A DNA stretch of 30,444 nt, from IMG/VR virus record IMGVR_UViG_3300033415_000014, positions 1-30,444 of that record; one strand, 5' to 3'. Shown here one piece after another: positions 26,206 through 30,444 of this stretch. This stretch comes from a virus. Taxonomy: Duplodnaviria > Caudoviricetes. The first letter of the stretch is position 1; the number at the start of each line of letters is the position of its first letter. A program made the translations under genes and the position numbers. The notes beneath the pieces were generated by a model. The model did not search any database. It was given only the letters and a program-made list of their open reading frames with translations, and was not told where the DNA came from.

Positions 26206-26532
26206 ATGGCTCAAAGCGATGAAACAAGGTTGGCATTATTGGAAGAAAGAACCAAAAACGTTGAAAATAACGTTCTAAAATTGGTTGAAAAAATCGAGCA
26301 GTTGACTGAAGCAACCCAAACTTTGAACGAGACATTGATTCGCAATGAATCAATTAAAGATGACATTCACAGCTTAAAAACTAGAATTAACAATGTTGAA
26401 ATTATAACCAAAACCATACCACTCACGAATTTCAAAACAACAACTTTATGGGGGTTTGCTAAAGATAATATTGCCTCTATAATCAATTTTTTGCTTATTG
26501 CTGGCTTATCATTAATTGTAACTATGAGGTAA
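26206..26532 (+). CDS. Coiled-coil protein with C-terminal TM (lysis accessory, XhlA-like architecture)
   Basis: ETRLALLEER heptads; C-terminal IINFLLIAGLSLIV. Confidence 0.55.
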   Translation: MAQSDETRLALLEERTKNVENNVLKLVEKIEQLTEATQTLNETLIRNESIKDDIHSLKTRINNVEIITKTIPLTNFKTTTLWGFAKDNIASIINFLLIAGLSLIVTMR

Positions 26533-26533
26533 T

Positions 26534-26773
26534 ATGCAATTTGATGAAGAACAAACGGAAAAATTACTGCAAGCGTTGGTGAACTCAGTGCAGGCTCAGC
26601 ATGACTTGGTACAAACAGTCAAAAATTCGGAAAGAGAAAAACTAGACTTGATATTGGACAAAATATCAGAAACAAACAATAATGGTAAAGAATGGAAATT
26701 TGCGTTTATTGTGTTTGCTTGTTTCATGATTGTGCTTGTTACCATTTTTTTAGGATTCTTAAACTCAAAATAA
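26534..26773 (+). CDS. Small protein with C-terminal TM helix
   Basis: FAFIVFACFMIVLVTIFLGFL at the C-terminus. Confidence 0.6.
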   Translation: MQFDEEQTEKLLQALVNSVQAQHDLVQTVKNSEREKLDLILDKISETNNNGKEWKFAFIVFACFMIVLVTIFLGFLNSK

Positions 26774-26777
26774 TTTT

Positions 26778-26930
26778 ATGTTTCAATTTATACTAAATCT
26801 TTTCAACTCAATTTTTGGAAAAAATAAAAAAATAATAGTAAATCCAAAAGGTAAAAAGGTTGCTGGTTGGAGCGATTGGCAAAACAAATGGCAAAAATGG
26901 CAAAGTCGTTGGGGTGGTGGTAGCTGGTAA
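26778..26930 (+). CDS. Cationic Trp-rich 50-aa peptide (not in ORF track)
   Basis: MFQFILNLFNSIFGKNKKIIVNPKGKKVAGWSDWQNKWQKWQSRWGGGSW*; fills the space between the previous stop and the terminator. Confidence 0.65.
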   Translation: MFQFILNLFNSIFGKNKKIIVNPKGKKVAGWSDWQNKWQKWQSRWGGGSW

Positions 26931-26932
26931 TA

Positions 26933-26959
26933 TAAAAACCGCTGAAAAGCGGTTATTTT
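26933..26959. terminator. Bidirectional terminator between convergent blocks
   Basis: AACCGCT-gaaa-AGCGGTT with an A-tract on the left and a T-rich tail on the right. Confidence 0.8.
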
Positions 26960-27406
26960 CTACCAATACTTATTTTTTATATTGTTTAATTCTTTAAGTT
27001 TATCCTGATTATCTCGGTATTTTTTAGCTAAATTATAATAAGATTTTTTTACATTTGGATCTTTGTTTTTACACTTTTCTTCAAATTCAGATAATTTAAT
27101 ATCTGTTTTTTTAATTTCTCTTTTTGGCAGTTTAGAATAAGAAAAAAATATTTTACTATACAATTTTTCTGCGGTTATGTTATTTAACCTGAAAGAAAAT
27201 TCTAAATAGCATTTCCAAATAAGGTCTTTTTGTAAGTAAATGTTGTTTTGGCTTGCTAAATTCCATCTTACCTGTTCAACCATTTTCGATTCTTCATCTG
27301 TGGCATTGTCAATACTTTGATTAATGAAATTCTGTTTTATTGTTTGTAAATCAAATTCATCAAACGGTTCAACTCCGCTCATTTTTTGATTAAACATTTG
27401 TTTCAA
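26960..27406 (-). CDS. Hypothetical basic protein; best-context ATG (27421) is followed by an in-frame TAA
   Basis: ORF track 148 aa; upstream reads ATG ACA CAA TAA GAA TTG AAA CAA ATG. Confidence 0.55.
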   Translation of the reverse strand: MKQMFNQKMSGVEPFDEFDLQTIKQNFINQSIDNATDEESKMVEQVRWNLASQNNIYLQKDLIWKCYLEFSFRLNNITAEKLYSKIFFSYSKLPKREIKKTDIKLSEFEEKCKNKDPNVKKSYYNLAKKYRDNQDKLKELNNIKNKYW

Positions 27407-27440
27407 TTCTTATTGTGTCATATAATTATTAAATTAAATA

Positions 27441-27554
27441 TTATTTTGATTTTACCTCATAACTACCAGAAAAAATAAGAGCCAACATCGGAAGCCACCA
27501 AAAAGATGGGTTATAATAGCACAAAACACAGCTTGCTATAAATGGTAATTTCAT
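27441..27554 (-). CDS. Small hydrophobic protein, 37 aa
   Basis: MKLPFIASCVLCYYNPSFWWLPMLALIFSGSYEVKSK*; AT-rich start context. Confidence 0.45.
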   Translation of the reverse strand: MKLPFIASCVLCYYNPSFWWLPMLALIFSGSYEVKSK

Positions 27555-27594
27555 TATAATTAATATTATTATTGTGATGATATTAGATGACATA

Positions 27595-27951
27595 TTACAA
27601 TTTAATATCTAATAATTCAAAAATCTTTTTCCACCCTTCCTCTTCGGAGCAATTCCAAAGGAGTTTGGAGTATTTGGCTGGGTCTGATTCAAAAAGATAC
27701 AAGTTGTCTTCTACAACATAAGACAAAAACCTATTGTTTAAATTTGCGGTTATGTATGATTCTGCTAAATTCCAAGATGAGCCGTCAAAATATAAAAACT
27801 GATATACTCCAGGATATTCTTTAGAGTTGCGAACGGTTAAACTTCTTAATTCCACCCCGTCAATCTCTACTCTGAGTAAAGGACGGCAGTCTTGGAGGTT
27901 GGCAACTGGTCTAGTTGATTCGTCTTGCATTAATTGAGTTAGAGATTTCAT
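27595..27951 (-). CDS. Hypothetical protein; may begin at 28059 through an in-frame TAG
   Basis: 118-aa ORF; upstream 28-codon ORF in the same frame separated only by TAG at 27973-27975. Confidence 0.6.
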   Translation of the reverse strand: MKSLTQLMQDESTRPVANLQDCRPLLRVEIDGVELRSLTVRNSKEYPGVYQFLYFDGSSWNLAESYITANLNNRFLSYVVEDNLYLFESDPAKYSKLLWNCSEEEGWKKIFELLDIKL

Positions 27952-28064
27952 ACCTGTAAAATAGTAAGTGTTCTAACCCAATGAGTCTGATTGGTTAAGC
28001 ACTCTAGGCTTGCCGTCTGGTGTGTTTCGGAATTGTAGGTATTGTGTGATTTGGAACATAAAAA

Positions 28065-28223
28065 TTATTTAGCTTTATGAATTAATTCTGAAATATAATC
28101 TCCCCAATATTCTTGATTGCCAAAATGTTTATTTAACCATCTTTTCGCAAAATAGAATTCTATTTTATCAAAAAAACCTGTAAATATTTCTAAAAATTTC
28201 TCTATTAAATTATAATTTTTCAT
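28065..28223 (-). CDS. Small hypothetical protein, 52 aa
   Basis: MKNYNLIEKFLEIFTGFFDKIEFYFAKRWLNKHFGNQEYWGDYISELIHKAK*; starts 1 nt after the upstream stop. Confidence 0.55.
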   Translation of the reverse strand: MKNYNLIEKFLEIFTGFFDKIEFYFAKRWLNKHFGNQEYWGDYISELIHKAK

Positions 28224-28224
28224 A

Positions 28225-28695
28225 CTAAATACTTTCTAAAATTGTTATTAATTCCGTCAAAACGGTTTCGGGTTCGGAGTTGATGAGTGGATTCAAACCG
28301 TCTAGCCATTTGTGGCAAAGGGCTTCGGCTTGGGATTTGGGAAACCTTTCTAACTTTGCTCTCCAAAGCTCTTCATTTTGAAAATTAGGGTCAACAACGC
28401 CTCCATAAGTCCAATTTGTGGCAGTGTATTCAGGATTCTCGCCCAAAACATCTCTAAAAACCCACAAGATTTGTCTGATTTGTGGTTCAAAGAAAATTAA
28501 TACAGTCTCAGTCTTAAACATTTTATTAGCATTTTTGCAGTTCATTTGCCAAACCTCCCCATTTGGGGCGTAGCACATTGGAATTTTCCAACCTGCTAAA
28601 TTAGTTGGTTCAATCTCCAGCTCTAAGCCGTGTTTTTTGGCTTTTTCTTGGGCTAGGGTGTGTAGGGTTGCGGTTATTCGGTATAGATTAGACAT
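28225..28695 (-). CDS. Hypothetical protein
   Basis: 156-aa ORF in the packed - strand operon. Confidence 0.65.
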   Translation of the reverse strand: MSNLYRITATLHTLAQEKAKKHGLELEIEPTNLAGWKIPMCYAPNGEVWQMNCKNANKMFKTETVLIFFEPQIRQILWVFRDVLGENPEYTATNWTYGGVVDPNFQNEELWRAKLERFPKSQAEALCHKWLDGLNPLINSEPETVLTELITILESI

Positions 28696-28882
28696 AAAAA
28701 ATAAAGGATATTGTGATTAAAATAAATTCAACGACTAAAAATATAATAAGAAAAAATAGACTTGTAATAAAATCAGTTAGTAGCCAAAATAAGCGTGGAC
28801 GGTCAAGGTAGTTTTCTTTTGTAGCTCCTATTTTTGCTTCATTTTTTATAAGTTTATAACTTTTTTTGATTATTTCAAACAT
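28688..28882 (-). CDS. Small membrane protein
   Basis: 64 aa with a long C-terminal hydrophobic stretch. Confidence 0.55.
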   Translation of the reverse strand: MFEIIKKSYKLIKNEAKIGATKENYLDRPRLFWLLTDFITSLFFLIIFLVVEFILITISFIFYV

Positions 28883-28914
28883 AAAATTTTACTTATTATT
28901 GTTTTCATACAAAA

Positions 28915-29172
28915 CTACTTTAAAATTATATCAGCGTGTATCATCATATCAATGTGCCGTCTTTCCTTGCCGTTCTCAACAACTTTCTTAATTAGCTTAT
29001 GATTTATTTGCTCATCACATAAACTTTCAACCTCGTTCAATAAATTAACAAGCGAACTAGTTTGTAGGTGTTCAAAGTGCAATTCATTCACGCGAGTGTA
29101 ATAAAGCTCTTGATAATACTCACGCATTTCTTTCTGAGTTTTTAGTTGCGTTTTTAGTTTTTTATAGTTCAT
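28915..29172 (-). CDS. Hypothetical protein
   Basis: 85-aa helical ORF; ATGA overlap with the upstream ORF. Confidence 0.6.
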   Translation of the reverse strand: MNYKKLKTQLKTQKEMREYYQELYYTRVNELHFEHLQTSSLVNLLNEVESLCDEQINHKLIKKVVENGKERRHIDMMIHADIILK

Positions 29173-29333
29173 AATTTTATTTCATTTAATCCTTTTATTG
29201 CTTTTTTTATAACTTCCTGTTGTTGCTTTTCAAGTACAATCGAACACAAAATACCCTCTAAAACTCCAGTAGCAAAGCCAATGCTATTAGCTTCTATCCA
29301 TCTTTTGATCGTTTCTTGTTCAATTTGATTCAT
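29169..29333 (-). CDS. Small hypothetical protein, 54 aa
   Basis: MNQIEQETIKRWIEANSIGFATGVLEGILCSIVLEKQQQEVIKKAIKGLNEIKL*; coupled to neighbours on both sides. Confidence 0.55.
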   Translation of the reverse strand: MNQIEQETIKRWIEANSIGFATGVLEGILCSIVLEKQQQEVIKKAIKGLNEIKL

Positions 29334-29334
29334 A

Positions 29335-29706
29335 TTACCAATTATTAAAAAGTTTGTTTAATTCTGAAATTGTTTTAACTGTATAAAAATAACTGTATTT
29401 CTCATTTTCCAAATGTTTGAAAAATAATATTCTTTTTAGCTTAAAAACTGCCGTTTCCATACCTTTAATATCAATATAATGTTTTTCAACCACGCCGTCA
29501 ATAGCTTGAAAATACACAACAAAATCTGGTATATACGTTATAGCACGCACATTTCCTTGCTTACCTTTGAATTTCTCTTGTAACACAATTTTAGGTTGAA
29601 GGTCAAAATTTAACCCCTTGCTAGTCAATAATAAATATGCTTGACTTTCAAGAATTGAATCAAATTTAATACCTTTTACAATTGTTTTTGTGTTGTTGTA
29701 TTTCAT
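29335..29706 (-). CDS. DUF1064-like PD-(D/E)XK nuclease
   Basis: KYNNTKT..GIKFDS..E, LQPK, ITYIPDF, IDIKGMET.VFKLK signature. Confidence 0.82.
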   Translation of the reverse strand: MKYNNTKTIVKGIKFDSILESQAYLLLTSKGLNFDLQPKIVLQEKFKGKQGNVRAITYIPDFVVYFQAIDGVVEKHYIDIKGMETAVFKLKRILFFKHLENEKYSYFYTVKTISELNKLFNNW

Positions 29707-29936
29707 ACTTTCTTCACTCTTCCAATTATAACATTTTTTTTATAAAATTCCCTAAAATCTTGAATAAATTCATCTTCAATCTGCACCATATAAAATGTTT
29801 TTTTGCTTGTGTCTAGTGTTGCATGTGGGTACTCTTGCAACAGTCTTTTCATGTTCTCGCCGTAGCAAAAACGCCTTTCATTTTTCTTTCCTTTTTTTAG
29901 TTTGTTTAAGAAGTCAATCATTGAGTGAATAGCCAT
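29703..29936 (-). CDS. Hypothetical protein
   Basis: 77-aa ORF overlapping the DUF1064 start (ATGA). Confidence 0.6.
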   Translation of the reverse strand: MAIHSMIDFLNKLKKGKKNERRFCYGENMKRLLQEYPHATLDTSKKTFYMVQIEDEFIQDFREFYKKNVIIGRVKKV

Positions 29937-29939
29937 TTG

Positions 29940-30444
29940 CTAGCTATTATTTAAGTTTCTATAATTGTCAAGTCCTTGCAACGTTTTGTTGTAATACAAG
30001 AAATTATCACCACAACTTGTAAGCTTAGGTAGTTCAATAGTTGTTAGTGTTTCGTTGCGATTCAAAAAATAATCACCACAACTTGTCAAGTTAGGCAGTT
30101 CAAGAGTTGTTAGTGTTTTGTTGTAATACAAGAAATTATCACCACAACTTGTCAAGTTAGGTAGTTCGAGATTTGTCAACGTTTCGTTGTGATGTAAAAA
30201 ATAATCACCACAAGTTGTAAGCTTAGGTAGTTCAATAGTTGTTAGTGTTTCGTTGTGATGTAAAAAATTATCACCACAACTTGTCAAGTTAGGCAGTTCA
30301 AGAGTTGTCAGTGTTTCGTTGTAATACAAGAAATTATCACCACAACTTGTCAAGTTAGGTAGTTCGAGATTTGTCAACGTTTCGTTGTGATGTAAAAAAT
30401 AATCACCACAAGTTGTAAGCTTAGGTAGTTCAATAGTTGTTAGT
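29940..30444 (-). CDS. Leucine-rich repeat protein (22-aa BspA/LRR_5-like repeats), 5' end outside the window
   Basis: Repeats of LTTLELPNLTSCGDNFLYYNET; frame open to the window edge. Confidence 0.8.
   Translation of the reverse strand, partial: LTTIELPKLTTCGDYFLHHNETLTNLELPNLTSCGDNFLYYNETLTTLELPNLTSCGDNFLHHNETLTTIELPKLTTCGDYFLHHNETLTNLELPNLTSCGDNFLYYNKTLTTLELPNLTSCGDYFLNRNETLTTIELPKLTSCGDNFLYYNKTLQGLDNYRNLNNS
29980..30444. repeat. 66-bp tandem repeat (about 7 units) with 198-bp higher-order period
   Basis: TCACCACAA recurs at 30007, 30073, 30139, 30205, 30271, 30337 and 30403; the units at 30139 and 30337 are identical. Confidence 0.92.

Noticed and set aside
963-26353. Antisense and alternate-frame ORFs in the track (e.g. 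963-1214, 7146-7514, 7928-8263, 9912-10247, 14839-15228)
   Set aside because: Shadows of well-supported + strand genes, with no motifs or start context.
29980-30444. CRISPR array (period about 66 bp)
   Set aside because: No unique spacers; whole units are near-identical and encode an open LRR frame; no cas genes.
1-30444. Genome-wide stop-codon recoding (TAG=Gln or TGA=Gly/Trp)
   Set aside because: All long structural and lysis genes are intact in code 11, and TAG/TGA end genes at sensible coupled junctions; only one isolated internal TAG was found.

Overview
A 30.4-kb AT-rich segment of a long-tailed (siphovirus-type) dsDNA phage or prophage, read in the standard genetic code. The + strand begins with small early ORFs behind a consensus sigma70 promoter, a membrane-anchored coiled-coil/GH19 lysozyme pair, and a ~420-nt structured non-coding region. 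It continues with ParB-like protein, DNA adenine methyltransferase, TerS, TerL, portal, minor capsid, scaffold, major capsid, head-tail and neck genes, major tail protein, tail chaperones, tape measure, tail tip and fibre genes, and a lysis cassette. This converges at a bidirectional terminator (~26.94 kb) with a - strand block of small genes, a DUF1064-like nuclease and a 66-bp-repeat LRR gene cut by the window end. Starts lack Shine-Dalgarno motifs and paired DnaA-box motifs occur, suggestive but not proof of a Patescibacteria/CPR- or Bacteroidota-like host. Highlights: (1) a promoter-driven, heavily base-paired ncRNA candidate at ~1794-2190 with a putative antisense RNA over its 5' end, possibly a ColE1-like RNA-controlled origin or switch; (2) a C_CCA_AAA plus hairpin -1 frameshift predicted to fuse a membrane-anchored coiled-coil to the GH19 lysozyme; (3) an A9 slippage site exposing an EF-hand/dockerin-like motif downstream of the capsid gene; (4) a cationic Trp-periodic 50-aa peptide ending the lysis cassette. 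All family assignments come from motif recognition and synteny by eye; no searches were run.
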